A stretch of DNA of 64,000 nt from the NCBI GenBank assembly GCA_965649765.1, contig OZ287754.1:17112001-17176000 (forward strand). Reading direction: 5' to 3'. The stretch is from Bispira polyomma. Its lineage: Eukaryota. The position numbers and the translations under genes are program-made. The notes under the pieces are model-generated. The model ran no database searches and was not told where the DNA came from. It saw only the letters and a program-made list of their open reading frames with translations. Below, one piece after another: positions 12,675 through 26,481 of the stretch (the stretch's first letter is position 1; every line of letters starts with the position of its first letter).

Positions 12675-13813
12675 TGGACAGAGTAAAACCTAATTAGTCA
12701 CAGCTCAGTCCACATTCACTGATAAAGTGATAAATTAATTATGTTTATTTAGGAGATTTTGGAGGGATGAGGAGGGTGATGGGGTGATCTATACATGGCG
12801 TAAAGTTTTTAATGTGGCGTAACCTGCTGCAACAAATGCTCCCAGATGTAAGTCTGAATGACACCGGGCCTTATTGTACTGGTTTCGTCCAACATATGGC
12901 CTAAACTGTTGAAAGTGACATAAATATAAAACCTACTAAAACTGAATAAAATTAAGGACAATTCGTACTAGTTGGTATAGTACCTGTGGGTCATATTTAA
13001 TGAGATCAAGATCCACATTTCTTCTCAATGACAAACTACAGATATCAATGGACCTGTGCTGATTTTGTTGGTTACCTGCAGTACATCCCTCATGAAACCT
13101 CCACTGTCTATATTATAAGAATCGAACCAATCTACCAAGACTTTGATATACATGCCTTATGGGCATCTATGAAAGTTTTCCCAATAATCCATTATTTGAA
13201 ACCAAGGGAAAGAAATCTATAGAAAACAGTATGGTTTGTGACAATATGCTGTCCTATATTAAAACGTCATGGTAGATCTTAAAGACACAGGTTCTATGCT
13301 TAGATCTGAAGACAATTTTGTAGTCCATTTGAGTACAGTGAGAGTACTGCCCATTGGGTTTAACTCTTACAAAAGAAATAAAGCCATTTAGTACAAGATT
13401 TAGTACATCATTTAGTAGATGAAAACAAGTTACATTTTACAGAATAGAACGCCATTGTTTATACACCACAGTCTTCCCTGCATAAGAAGGATCTAAAACT
13501 CAAACAAAAAATTGTCTCTTCTGGTTTTAGCGGTATATAAAATTCTACTAAAAATGTGTGAAAGATTAAAAACTTATGAATAGCACATTTTACAATTTAA
13601 TATTCAGATTATACGATATGATGGGATAATAAAATGTATATATTAGTTGTAGAAATTTGTCTCTTTTTGACATTAAAACAGCAACATCAGGTTATGATAT
13701 CGGGTAATTGATCAATATTTCGATATCCATCACCATAGCTAGGCATTTGGCTGCAGAGACGAAAGTATATGTACAATTTATAAAGGTATTTACACTGAGT
13801 TTGATGCCACCGC

Positions 13814-14175
13814 CTATTGTTTCCTCTCACATATCTCCTTGAGACTGTCTCCACTTTCCTCACTGGATGTACTGGTTCTCATCAGTGGCTTCTCCTCTCT
13901 CACTGTGACGTCAGAGGAGTGGCGCCGCCTAGTGGCAACAAATACTGTTACCACAACTACCGTGACTCCTATAACCAATACCACAAAGGCAATAACAAAC
14001 AGGTAGATCAAGTGATCTGGAAACACATCTTGGTTTTTTGTAGACCTGGTAATGGGGATGGTTCTGTAAATCTGTTCTCCGGTATCATCTGTGGTACCTG
14101 ACATGTCCTCTAAAGGGTTTGGGTATGGCGTTGTTGTTGTTTGTCTAGTTACTGAACCCGGTCGTAATGGCACAT
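13814..14175 (-). CDS. Single-CRD TNFR-like receptor copy B, exon 2 (stalk, TM, tail)
   Basis: Acceptor tttttctgttacatttcag|AT, phase 1, in frame with exon 1. Thr/Pro stalk, TM LIYLFVIAFVVLVIGVTVVVVTVFVA, RRR stop-transfer. Joined CDS 576 nt = 191 aa. Confidence 0.85.
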
Positions 14176-14260
14176 CTGAAATGTAACAGAAAAACTGTGT
14201 CTTAGATATGGAGCTCATATAATGAACCTAAATAACTAACATATATGAAATACATTGTTA

Positions 14261-14770
14261 TGCCATGCTCACACTGGCCTTACGTTTCGATTACACACAA
14301 AAAATGGCTAACAAAAGTAAACGTAAGCAAAACATGAGTAAGATAGTACCTTAAGTTTAGTTGTCTCCTGTTTTTAAAAAAATGTCTTAATTTTCGGACT
14401 GCTCGAAATTTTTCACGTTTTTAGCCGTTTGATGACATTTTTTTCCAAAAACCGGTGATGAATTTGCGGCAAACATATGACACATATTCAATGCATATTT
14501 GACATAAAGGAAGGGAGTAAAAACAAACGTTAAAAACGAGGAAAACGAGTTTGGCTAACATATTTCTAAAACGTGGCTAACATATTATTAAAATGTGGCT
14601 AACGAGTTAAACATAATTGAAACAGCTATTAAAACGTATAAACTGTGTGTACAAACGTGTACAGATGCATACTAAACGTGTACAAAATGGCCCAATTTTT
14701 GCTAGGATTTCGATTTCCCACAGTTTTTCACTTTGTTTTCTCCCTAAAGCTAAATTTTGTCTTCAACAGC
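14261..14770. mobile_element. Harbinger-related non-autonomous element fragment in the copy B intron
   Basis: Starts tgccatgctcacactggccttacgtttcgattacacacaaaaaatggctaa, closely matching the terminus of the Harbinger element at 61777. Confidence 0.6.
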
Positions 14771-16092
14771 TTTAGGTTATATTACGATGGCCACCACTCA
14801 CCACTAGGTGAACACTGGCCCCCGTACAGATATAATCATGCATCTGCCATTGAGCTGTAATTTGTAACTGCCACTGTAGGCTAGTACATAGCACACTTGC
14901 TTACCAGATAAAGGTAAACCTTTAATTATGAATACAAAGGCATTAAATTTATACAAATAACTAATTTGTTGTAGTATTAATAAACAAATATAGAATAAAC
15001 AATAATAATACAGAAGAGCTGAAAACCAACCTCAACAGATCACCTCGAAACCTAAGAATTACTCACGCCAGGTATATCACCCGAGACAATAAATTTACTT
15101 GCCACAGAATGAGTCACCTGAACTATGCAAGTAATAAGCGTTTTGGGGGTTAACAGGGCAAACTGCCAAATCCACAACAAACTGCCTTCCACCAACACCA
15201 AGCCCCATGTTCACCAACATTCATATAAGGAAATTTCTAAAGGACTTTACAAACCACCGACTACACGACATGACACTACACCAGAGCACAGTATGCCACG
15301 ACAGTACTATTCACATCAAGCACGACACCACCCTACATAATTCATATATAAATGTCTGAATACCCCACCCCCAATACTTTTGCTACATATTACAAATGGG
15401 GCAATCCAACGACACAGAGTTTTTTTAGAGATTTCTCAAGTTCAATTGCTGTGTTGTGTGGTGCAGTCCAGTGTAGTCTTGGTTAAAAACAGGCTATATA
15501 CTCTTCAGATATTGTATTATTCCTAATTTTTAGTGTAGTATCATGGTGTGTGGTCAGCCGTGCGCAAAGCAGTTAAGAGTGAGAAAAAATTCTAAAAATA
15601 ACGATTTCTAAGAATTGTTATAAAAATGCTTTTGCAATTATTTTTTTATACAAGCATTAGATCTGAGTCAAAATATATGTGTGAAAAATTATTAGAAAGA
15701 TACAGTGAAACTAATATATGCAAACATTTTTAACTTTATTTCTTCAACTGTTTAAATAAATTGAAAAATGTCTTTTGAATATTCCACATAATATTAGGAA
15801 AGTACTTGACGTTTATGGCAAGAAACTTTTTGTGATGAATATATTGTAAATGTAATTAAAAATAAGAATTTTTAAATATGCAAGATGTAAAACAGAGACA
15901 TTTTTTCTGTGTCAGAAAGTAATTGCATGATTAAGCATGTTTGTACTTAGTAACATTTTGCTGTTCTTTTTTTCTCCTGTATTTCTTCACTTTGTTTTGT
16001 ATAAAAATAGTGTCCAAACTTTTGTACCAAGTGCAAGGAAGTAATTATGCTGATAAATATTTAGTTCATAGATCAGAGAATACAACACTTAC

Positions 16093-16306
16093 TTTGACAG
16101 CTCTGCTTGCAAATCACTTCCAGTCTCATTTCACCCTTGCAAATGAAGTCACAGTCGTTGCAATATCCGTATCCGTGATCACAATACTCATATGTTGAGC
16201 AATCCGCATCCCTGCTGCAGTACCTCCCTCTGGATATTATTGATACTGGGCTCTGGATCACCAGAATCAGCAGGATGTGTGTGTGTAGGATGTTCACTCG
16301 AGACAT
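16093..16306 (-). CDS. Single-CRD TNFR-like receptor copy B, exon 1 (signal peptide + 8-Cys domain)
   Basis: MSRVNILHTHILLILVIQSPVS..YCSRDADCSTYEYCDHGYGYCNDCDFICKGEMRLEVICKQSCQ; donor CAAA|gtaagt, phase 1. Confidence 0.85.
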
Positions 16307-16401
16307 AGTGATCACATTTAAAAGTCTCCTTTATAGCCAGATGTGCTTATTATATACTAGTCCTGTTGTAGTGGTTTATTAGTGATACAATTCCCTCTCC
16401 A

Positions 16402-16930
16402 GGGATCATATTTACAAAAGGTATTACGAAGTCTTAATTTAGGGTGAAGCATAATATTTATTTAAAAGATTGCCTACTGTTAGTCCTAGTGTTAAGTGCA
16501 AAGTTAACACTGAGCCAATATCTTTTCTTACTGCTCAATGGGACTAAGACCCAAATATTAACTATTTCATTCGAAATCATAGACTAAAATTCTTTAGATT
16601 AAGTTAAGACTAAAACCATTTGTGAATACGGCTCCCGACCACCTAATAAATAAACACTAAAATATAGAGAATCCGGGCTTGTATTCTGGATTTAAATTCG
16701 TGTTTTAAACTCATACTCAACTCAAACATAGGCTATGTAGAAATCATTGTATGTGTAAATAACCTGTACTTGTCACCATTTATTTTAATCAAGCTTTAAA
16801 AACTAAACTCAAATTTGAAGTCAGATTTTAGGTATGTTTACTGTATTATTTATGGGTGTTCTTGAGTTACGGAGAATACAGATTTGAGTGTGAGTTTGAG
16901 ATGAGTATACGTTTGAGAATATGAGTCCTA
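16402..16930. mobile_element. Two adjacent short MITE-like elements upstream of copy B (~16402-16636 and ~16675-16928)
   Basis: Imperfect terminal inverted repeats: gggatcatatttacaaa / tttgtgaatacggctccc and gggcttgtattct / agaatatgagtcc. Similar ends occur at 6063 and ~8250. Confidence 0.45.
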
Positions 16931-18235
16931 AGGTTTTTCCCAGGGCATATAACTCCATATCAGTTTCACTGCAAACAAAAGAGTTGAGTCAGTATATCTA
17001 TATATATTATATAGATATAGAATTCATGAATAATAAGTTATAGTAAGTTAATGAAATAAGACGTGAACAATAAAATGCTATTAAAACCCCATTGGGTGTT
17101 GGTTTAATGCAGTGATATTTTTAAGACCATTAATTGAAAGTAGGGGGTATTATTGCCAAGGTATTGGTACATAAGTAAATAGCCAGAGTAAATGACCACA
17201 AGAAATAGATCGTAGCTAAACAAATCCAGCACAATGGGCATCAGTTACCAACATACATTTCAATTATGTGACGTTCATGGTAATATTTAGTAAGCAAATA
17301 AACAAACAAAAATCAACACACTAACTGAGTAAACAAAATTTCCTCTTTAGTTTTATATTAAGGCTCTTTTGTAAGACACCCCTTTGTTTCCAAATATTTC
17401 TGTGTTTAAAATAGCATGTTTACATCAAGATAAAACTTAATAGCTGTTTTATTGTAATCCACGTTATAGTACTTATAGTTTTATTCACAGTCAATTTATA
17501 ACTTTGATGATGCATCAGTACTTAGCTACATCTATAGTTTTACGAACCCTGGCCGCTAGTCATCCATAGTTATACTGTAAATAAAGGTAGAAATAGTTTA
17601 ACATGGAATAGATATATTAATACACTAATATCCACAACCGGTACCTTGTGATAATTGCTTCTGACCTTGATAGGTCAAAACCTGTGGCCATTTGTGTGCA
17701 CGGGAATTGTACAAAATAACATTGACACATTCCAAAATATCACTAACATATCCAAAAACAACAGTGACATGTTTTGAGTTGATTCATTGTACTCCTTCAA
17801 GTGAGCAGGACATCTTAATGTCTATGCAGTCTATGTGTCAGGAATTTTACACCTTGAACACAGAGTTCTATAACATATCATTTAACAGCACAATTGTCTC
17901 ATGTTATTTGGGTATGTTAAGATTTCATTACCTTAGAAGTGATCACATGGCATGTACTTTTTTAATGTAGAGTTTCCATTCTCAAAGCGGAGGGCATCAT
18001 ATAAAATAAATGTCCTTAATGTCAGGGCATATATCTTATTAGCGCTCTTAAATTTTCATTTTTAAAATATCAGCAAAAATTTCAAAGTAAAAAAAAAAAG
18101 ATTGACAATAACTCTATTTTTAACAATGCAATCAATATTGCCCTTAGTTTGAGGTGTTCTAAATTCATATAGTGCCCTCAAAAACCAGTTCTAAGACGTT
18201 GAGGTAACTGTTATCAGTCTATTATTTGATTTTTT

Positions 18236-18480
18236 GCCATTGCAGCTCCTGTTGAATGGAACAAACTCCCACACACTGTCAGATCACTGAATAAAATCAC
18301 AGGTTTCAGAAGCCACCTGAAAACTTACCTTTTCAGACTTAGTCACCCTTCCCTTGGTGGGTGCTTTTCTGGAAACAACCTTTGCTTGCCCATGGACTTT
18401 CCCTTTTTGGATATCAGCGCCTTAGAGGATGTTCTTTTCAATTTGGCGCTTTACAAATGTTTTAATTATTATTATTATTA
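18236..18480 (+). mobile_element. LINE (L2/CR1 group) 3' end
   Basis: IAAPVEWNKLP...FRSHLKTYLF motif, then an (ATT)n tail. Confidence 0.7.
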
Positions 18481-18699
18481 TTGTTACATATACTTGACAC
18501 CTGCGCCTTGTGGCCAGGCCATACATACAGTGGAAGTCCGAAGGCATTTGTTTACACACACTATGGTGGCCCAGGTGTTTATTTACTAATTTACTAAAGC
18601 ACCCTTATTCTTCAGCTGTGTATTCTATTCTATTCTATTTCTTCAGGTAATTATTCACCACATATTTCAGGTGATTAAACCTAGTAACTCATGGTCAGA

Positions 18700-19008
18700 G
18701 GCATAATTTTGTGAAATGTTTAAGTTTTAGTTAATGCATGTAATGATTGTAACATGTTTAATGTGTTTGTGGGGCCTTGGTAATCCATCCTTATCTCTAT
18801 TACATGGCTTGCAGCAGCTTGGGTAACAATCATGACGGCCGGATTTAATGGTGGAAGAAACCAGTGCTAAAGCACTGTTAACCACAAACCTACGGCAAGT
18901 ACCCCACAAACTGACTGACCCAAAGGAACAAACAGGATTTGAACCCACATTGATAAGAGACCGGTAATTGTTAAGCAGGCACTTCTAACCACTAGGCCAC
19001 CATGGCCC
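18700..19008 (-). mobile_element. tRNA-derived SINE
   Basis: Reverse complement gggccatggtggcctagtggttagaagtgcctg...gggttcaaatcc (A and B boxes). Confidence 0.6.
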
Positions 19009-19560
19009 AAGAGTAACATACAAAAAGCTCATAAAAGTTTGTTAATGTACACTCAGTGATGATGATGTTATTGTAATTTGGTAATAAACATAATAGTAAT
19101 AACCAAGCAGACCTTAATAAAGTAGAGGATCTTTTAAATAGTGAAAACATACTAAAAAAACTAAAAATGGTGTTAAAATACTAATGTATGTCTTTAATTT
19201 ATAGGTTTAAACAGTCTTCCCTCTTTAGGGGCCTCTGTATGTTGGCTTACTTTACCTTTTGTTAAATAAAACTACTTTAATTTTAGTTTCCAAAATGTCA
19301 AATCCAATAATTGTCAGTTGTTCATCTGTGACAATTACTTCTTGCCAGAATTGTAATCTCACGTTACGGTTAGAGAATTGGTTTAGTGACCAGACAGTCC
19401 CCAGTCCAATTCCCTGTTATGGAGCTGGTCTGGTGGTGAAACGGTGTTTGTCATGTATCACATAAGCTAACAACCAAAACTGTAGTAAAAATATCAATTG
19501 CATTTTCTCTAGAATCAATAGAGAGAGATTTTCATCTCAAAATACAGACATGACTGATAT

Positions 19561-20250
19561 ATGCTCTAATGGTATCACCTACAGTAACCCAAAGTCTCAC
19601 TCTGGTTTATATATTTTAATTACATCACCTACAATAACACAGAGCCTCACTCTGACTTCTATGTTCTAATTACATCACCTACAGTAACACAGATCCTAAC
19701 TCTGACTTCTGTGTTCTAATTACATCACTTACAGTAACACATAGCCTAACTCTGACTTCTATGTTCTAATTACATCACCTACAGTAACACAGATCCTAAC
19801 TCTGACTTCTATGTTCTAATTACATCACCTACAGTAACACAGAGCCTAACTCTGACTTCTATGTTCTAATTACATCACCTACAGTAACACAGAGCCCAAC
19901 TCTGACTTCTATGTTCTAATTACATCACCTACAGTAACACAGAGCCCAACTCTGACTTCTATGTTCTAATTACATCACCTACAGTAACACAGAGCCTAAC
20001 TCTGACTTCTATGTTCTAATTACATCACCTACAGTAACACAGAGCCTAACTCTGACTTCTATGTTCTAATTACATCACCTACAGTAACACAGAGCCTTAC
20101 TCTGACTTCTATGTTCATATTACATCACCTACAGTAACACAGAGCCTTACTCTGACTTCTATGTTCTAATTACATCACCTACAGTAACACAGAGCCTTAC
20201 TCTGACTTCTATGTTCTAATTACATCACCTACAGTAACCCAGATCCTCAC
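19561..20250. repeat. 50-bp minisatellite, ~14 copies
   Basis: Unit atgttctaattacatcacctacagtaacacagagcctaactctgacttct, repeated head-to-tail without spacers. Confidence 0.95.
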
Positions 20251-20770
20251 CCTAATCTTCCTACATCTATCCTTAAACCCTATGGAATAGTTTACGTCAA
20301 CACATTAGGCGCAGTTTAAAGACCTATCTGTTTAATCATGCATTCCCTCCATAGTCTCTTTCCTGTTCTCGAGGATGTATTGGTGACGACTTCCTTCTGT
20401 CAATCACTAATGATTTTTGTCTTTGGCTGTGGTTTTTTGTGTCTTAAAATTTGTCACAACAAAAATAAACGCTTAAAAGGTCTGATATTTTTTTAATATT
20501 ATTATGTTTCAACACCATTTTTCTATGTTTTATTGTGTCTTAAATGTTTGAATTTTATTATTTTTGTCCCCTTTCTTGTAGAACTAATATGTCCTTACTT
20601 AAAGCAATATTCTTAAGGGTTCACACTGTTAAGTTCTTGTCACAATGTCCCCATGTAGAGTCATATGTATTTAATGTGTTTTATTATAAATGTTTTGACA
20701 ACTAATGGTTTTGTGAGTGTCTTATGTAGATTTTATCTGTGATATTTCACTGTAATATCCAAATATACCT

Positions 20771-23555
20771 TGTCAGTTATTTGCTATGATTTGCATGTAA
20801 TACTTAATTGCTTTATAGACTGCTGACTACACGGTACGACACAACATAGCTTATCTATGGTGGCAACAGGGTGTTGGCTTATAGAGGAGGAAATGAAATA
20901 AGACTTGTTTGACTCACTCGGACCCAGGTGTTATTATTTAATATGTGCTAATTAGTAAATAGAAAGTGATCCACTCTGGATTTACAGGTATCAAGTACAA
21001 CCTGAGCTCCTCTACACTTGTGTTTGTATACACCAGGAAGACAAAACTCTGGGCAATTCTTTGTGTTTGGTGAAAAATATTTATTCTAAAGTATGACTGT
21101 CTCTGTAATGTATGTGTTTGGCCCTACAGGATACAGCAAATTAAATATTATTATTAGTTAATTAACTATGGACAAAAGCAACCTCGAAATACTTTTTTTG
21201 GGCCAAAAACAGGCCTTAAAAGATACCCTTCCTTTAAATGTGTATTTAATCCCAGATCTGTGGTGATAATTTTTCTGTCATGTGATTATTTCACTTTCAT
21301 ACATAGTCATATTAAATTAACTTATGGTCTTTGTATGGGCTGTAATGATTTCAGATAAGGTGCCCTTAGCACCCTTTTCATATCATTTAACTTTGAACTT
21401 ACATATACTGTGCCATTAAGGTAAGTGTAATTAATTAATTATTATTATTATTATCATTATTGATCTACCTTTATCTGTTTGTAGAAGTTAACTCAGTTAT
21501 TTTCATGGGTGACACTTTGATATCACTAATGAGTATGCAATCTTAACAACTTATTGATATGTGTCTACAGTGGTGAAATCTTAGATTTGTATATCTCTAA
21601 CATTGCCAAGTTGATAACAAATGAAGTGTTGATCCCTGATGTTAATTGTAAATTTACATGTACATTGGTCATAAGTTAATTTAATATGACTATGTCAGTT
21701 ATTTGCTATGATTTACACGTTATACTTAAGTATTTTATAGACTGCCGACTAGACAACACAACACAACATGGTTTATCTATAAGTGGTGATATGGAAATGT
21801 ATGCTTTTAGAGGAGAAAATCAAAAAAGACTTGCCTGTCCCACTAGGACACAAGTGTTATTATTTAATAGGAAAATCTTTCCCAGTGCTAATTTTAGTAA
21901 ATAGAAAGTGATCCACTCTTAATTTTCAGGGATCAGTAACAACCTGAACTCCTCTACACTGGGTGTTTGTATACACCAGGAAGACGAAACTCCGGGCTAG
22001 TCTTGTGTTTGAGGAAATCTTTATTCTATAGGACGACTGCTTGTCCAAAAACCTGTTTTTGACCTGCAGGATATAGAAAATTAAATTTTATTATGAGTTA
22101 AATAAACCAGATTTGCCACAAGTACGTTATGGGTACTGTTACATATGGGGACATTGTGGTGTGTTGAAGAAAAACCGGTCTAGTTAGTACTAATGGTCTT
22201 ACACTCTGCTGGAGTGATCTATTTATAGATTTGGGGAAACCCCTAAGATTCTAGAAACCAGTTCTATTTTATTTCTGAAGGTTATTAAAGTTGTATTCAT
22301 ATGTATATCTCATCTCTGGAATGCCCTAGCGATTGCTTACACATTCTAGCAACCTTCTCTAGCAGTGGTATATATAAGGGTTGACAGCCTGGCCACAGAA
22401 GAGAGTTAGTTGAGCTGAGGTGCTATATGAATGCTATATGAACTACTATACTGTGGATATAAACTGGTTGTTATATACATTTTGTGGTGAACTCATTGGA
22501 GTGAACTAGATAAAAGTTGTGGATCTACCAGAGATTGGATTTACTGCATATTGGATATTGTTTGCATCCTGGACTGGATAGCTTAGTTGTGCAGATTCTC
22601 TGGATATATATATTTTGGGTGCGTGGACACTGAACAGATAACAGGATACAGGCATTGTGTGGACATTGAGCGGATCTCAAGACAGATTGCTGGATACAGT
22701 GGACAAACTGGTTTAATTGTTATTTGAGTGGACAGGACTGTGGTCAGGTCAGATTGATTTCATCATTGTATTATTGTGTGAGCTATTCAGTTGACTGTAA
22801 TTTTGTAATTCTGTAATTTTGTAATTGTATAATTTTGTAATTCTGTAATTGTTATTTTATTTGTTAAAATAAATTTGTTAAGTGAAACTTTTTGTCTTTT
22901 CCTGTTACAACCTCAAAGCAACCGGTAATTGCTACCGCGCTTGCTTCCGTCACCGTAACAGTACTTAAATTTGTAGTTCCAAAATATTTACATCCAAACG
23001 TCATTAGACTTTTTTTTCTTTGAATTTAGTTGGGTTTTACATTGCTTGTAAAAACTTAGCTGCATGGAAGCATATATCAGCTGACGTCTGACCAAAAAAG
23101 TCTGCCCAGGCTTCCATGTATAAGATATATATTGGCCATTGTTGACAGACAGTGGGCGATTTTTCTTTATCCCAGTTCTTAGAGTACAGGCACCTCCATG
23201 TGCCAAATATACAGAAGATTGCGCAAAATTAAGCACTATCAAATGCAATATGTTATGTTATGTTAAGATAAGATCAGATATCGGCTAAAGATTCAGATTT
23301 TTTTCGTATTTATGAAAACAAAAATCAGCCAACATCTGATCGGCACATATAATATTGGCTGACATCATGGGATCAGCGATATGGAAGTTTAGGCTAATCT
23401 ATAAAATCAGCCAATGTCAGAATCGGTGACATGGAAGTGTAGGCTTATTGAGGAGGAAATCAAAAAGACCCATCTGTCCCAGTAGGACACAAGTGTTCTT
23501 ATTTAATAGGAAGATCTTCCATGTGCTATTTTTAGTAAATAGAAAATGATCCACA
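20771..23555 (+). repeat. Locally repeated ~390-bp segment: copies at ~20771-21163 and ~21693-22103, partial copy ~23425-23555
   Basis: Shared blocks tgtcagttatttgctatgatt, agtaaatagaaagtgatccac and tgtttgtatacaccaggaagac. Confidence 0.75.
22137..22960 (+). mobile_element. Solo LTR (824 bp), Gypsy-like
   Basis: Termini TGTTAC...GTAACA with a 4-bp target-site duplication GTAC on both sides. Internal TATA-like tatatataag (~22369) and AATAAA (~22868). Confidence 0.85.
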
Positions 23556-23749
23556 TGTATATATGTTTTGTGTCTCCATTGTTAGGCACTGTTGAATGTT
23601 AATATTTTATTTCTTTAGCACCACAATCGATGATCAGGCATCCTCGGTGGCACACATCCCAGTCTATGTTCATTTGCTGTGTACTATATCAGAATAGGTT
23701 GATTGATCAGAGGTTTCTAGATTGCAAACCACTGGCCTTCACTACTGCC

Positions 23750-24085
23750 AAGTTTCTCAACAGCCTCACTCTCCTTCAGCATCCTTAAAAGGGAAAAAGT
23801 CTCTGTTTCCTCTAACAAAACCACCAAGAGGGTTGGATCTAGAGCCTTCTTGGTCACCGCCCCTATGAAATGGAACAGTCTTCCAATTGAACTTAGACTA
23901 CTTGATACACTTTCTGGTTTTAGGAAAAGGCTTAAAACCTATCTCTTCAGGCTCACGTAGTCCTCTTTCTGGGTGCTGACACATCCATCCTTACGACCTG
24001 GCTATGTTTTTTCATTTTTCTATTGGCTGATTGATTCTGATGTTGCGCCTTAAAACTGTATAATGCAATACAGTACAATACATAC
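23750..24085 (+). mobile_element. LINE (L2/CR1 group) 3' end
   Basis: VGSRAFLVTAPMKWNSLP...FRKRLKTYLF motif with a short-repeat tail. Confidence 0.7.
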
Positions 24086-24742
24086 AAGCCATTGCCGAGA
24101 ATTGAACCCGTTATTAACAGAGGGTAATTGCTCATTTCCACAGAGGCTTCAAATTTCCTGTGTTAAAAAACTTGACAGTATAGAATATGTCTAATTTTCA
24201 CCTACATTGAGAGTAAGTGGTGTTCTGCCTGACATGTATTTAAAATATTTTTTTTCTGTGCCTAAAAAAATGGCTATTAAAATCTGTACAACAAATATAT
24301 AGCAAAACATATTAATATTTATGATTAACAGTTAACAGTTAACAATAGTGTGTGTGTTATCAGTTACAAATATAATGTTCACATAGTGTTTATACAGGAA
24401 AAAACTACAGCATACAGGAAAAAAACTACAGCATAGAAAATCAATTATACTAAGCCTTCAGAAAACTCACATATTCAAATACTTATAATAAACTATATGT
24501 ATATCATTTTAAAGCATCCATTTTAACAAAATTAATCATTATGTATACAAACCTACTGATTTCAACTATTTATTTTTTATAAAACAACAACTACAAGCAT
24601 AATTCACTGTATACAATTTCTTGAATAATCTGGTACATAGTTGACATATCTTGTTGCATATTTCAGCTCTGTTTTTGATTCTTATTATTCACCAATAAGT
24701 GTACAAAATGTATAGTGTAGATTCCTGCTGTGGTCCTGAGTC

Positions 24743-25356
24743 CTAGTGTAACACAACTGAGCAGTCTGCTTTGTGTTGTCCACATTCACGAAAGAGGGAG
24801 ACTGGTAACTGCATAACAGGAAGTGATGTGATATGGCCATTAGCCACCTGGTTCCTTTGTTGTCCTCCTGAGTCACATGACTTCCCATCCAGGTGATTCT
24901 TGTGTTGTCTTCTAGACTCCGGTGAGTATACATCACATGCCACAAAGGTAGACATAGTAGCTCCTAATTTAATGTCTAACATAGTGCCTCCATCTTGTGT
25001 CCATTGTCCAGATTCCTCATCCCTAGGTAAAATCATGCCATAACTGCTCGCACTTGGGTTACGCTTGCCCTTAAAGCTCTGTCCAATGAAACCAGGGTAT
25101 CTCCGGCATTTTACAAGCCATGTGACTGCGAAGGAAATAACCAATATAGCTATTATCAAAGTAACTGCTGCTGATATGTAATAGATAAATTGAGGCTGAC
25201 TTTTAGTAGTTTCTTCAGTTATCCCTAGACTGTTGCGTGCTGTATGTGTCTCAGGTGGAGGTGCTAGTGTTGATGTAAGAGGACTTACTCGGACATGACT
25301 GAAGGACAGATTTGGGTATTTTGTTATGGTAGGCTTGGTCCAGGCACTGGTGTCAT
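24743..25356 (-). CDS. Single-CRD TNFR-like receptor copy C, exon 2 (stalk, TM, longest tail)
   Basis: Acceptor catatcactttcag|AT, phase 1. Open frame DDTSAWTKPTITKYPNLS...PPPET, TM YISAAVTLIIAILVISFAVTWLV, then KCRR. Joined CDS 816 nt = 271 aa. Confidence 0.82.
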
Positions 25357-25619
25357 CTGAAAGTGATATGATAGAACAAAAGATAAACTATGGAAGAAGA
25401 GAAGTAAACGGTCAACTAAATTCTATTTGTCAACGTATTGTCTCAAGATCATTTTCTCGTTTCAGCAAGATAATCAATCAAGTTATGACATATATTATGT
25501 CGATACCATGTCTATAAATCAAAATAATTATCATGATTTTTTGAGATTATAAGTCGACAAATAGAATTGATCTCATCATACTCAATCAGTATCCAAACTG
25601 GTTAGTGATGCTTGGGTCA

Positions 25620-26481
25620 CTAGTGTGGTCACAGGCCATCAAGCAACTTTTGCCCATCTCACTCTCCCCATACCGGGGGATGATTGAGACTAAGGTGGAT
25701 ATGCTTTAGTGTACAAGTGGGTTTTAAGCTTCTTTCTAAAACAGGCTAGTGAGGGGGAAGCACGAATCACATCAGGAAAACCATTCCAAACAATGGGAGC
25801 ATCAAAAGCAAAGCTGTGACCAAACTGTTTAACCGACTTTTGAGTAGATGGGTGGAACTTCGGAACAACAAGGAAATTACTACCACTCTGACTACGTCTG
25901 GTATTGTAGGAACTACTGTAAGTGGAAAGATATGGGGCAAAATACTTTGGAAACCCAGTGTGGAGAAACTTATAAACAAGTGTAGCTGTCTTAAACACTG
26001 AACGCTGTTCAACAGGGAGCCAATGCAATTTCTTAAGAACAGGAGTTATACTAGTGTATCAACTGGTGTTTGATACAATTCTAGCTGCACTATTTTGAAT
26101 GCATTGTAATTTGCGTAAATTAAACTTTGAGAGACTCCTGAAAAATGAATTGCAGTAATCCAGTCTACTACTGACAAAGGCATTGGCCACAAGTATAGAA
26201 GCATCATAAGTGAGAAACCGTCTGACACGTCTAAAGTCACAGAGTTGCATAAAACAGCTTTTGCAGACACTCTGAACGTGTTTAGAGAAAGAGAAGTCAG
26301 AGTCAAACCATACACCCAGGTTCTTGATAGAATCAGCTGGACTGAAAGGGCTACCCAGGATGTCAACTGGAAACAATGCTTTCAACTTATCCCTCTGTTG
26401 TTTTGAGCCAAAGATTATGAACTCAGTCTTGTCGGGATTAAGTTTGAGTTTACCAGTTGACATCCACTCTTTCACAATCAT
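25620..26481 (-). mobile_element. LINE (L2/Crack-type) ORF2 C-terminal part, relatively young, in the copy C intron
   Basis: LKLNPDKTEFIIFG, KNLGVWFD, SRLDYCNS, LQCIQNSAAR, HWLPVEQR, FRKKLKTHLY. Confidence 0.9.

Noticed and set aside
19561-20250. CRISPR-like array
   Set aside because: Units abut with no unique spacers and the context is eukaryotic; it is a minisatellite.
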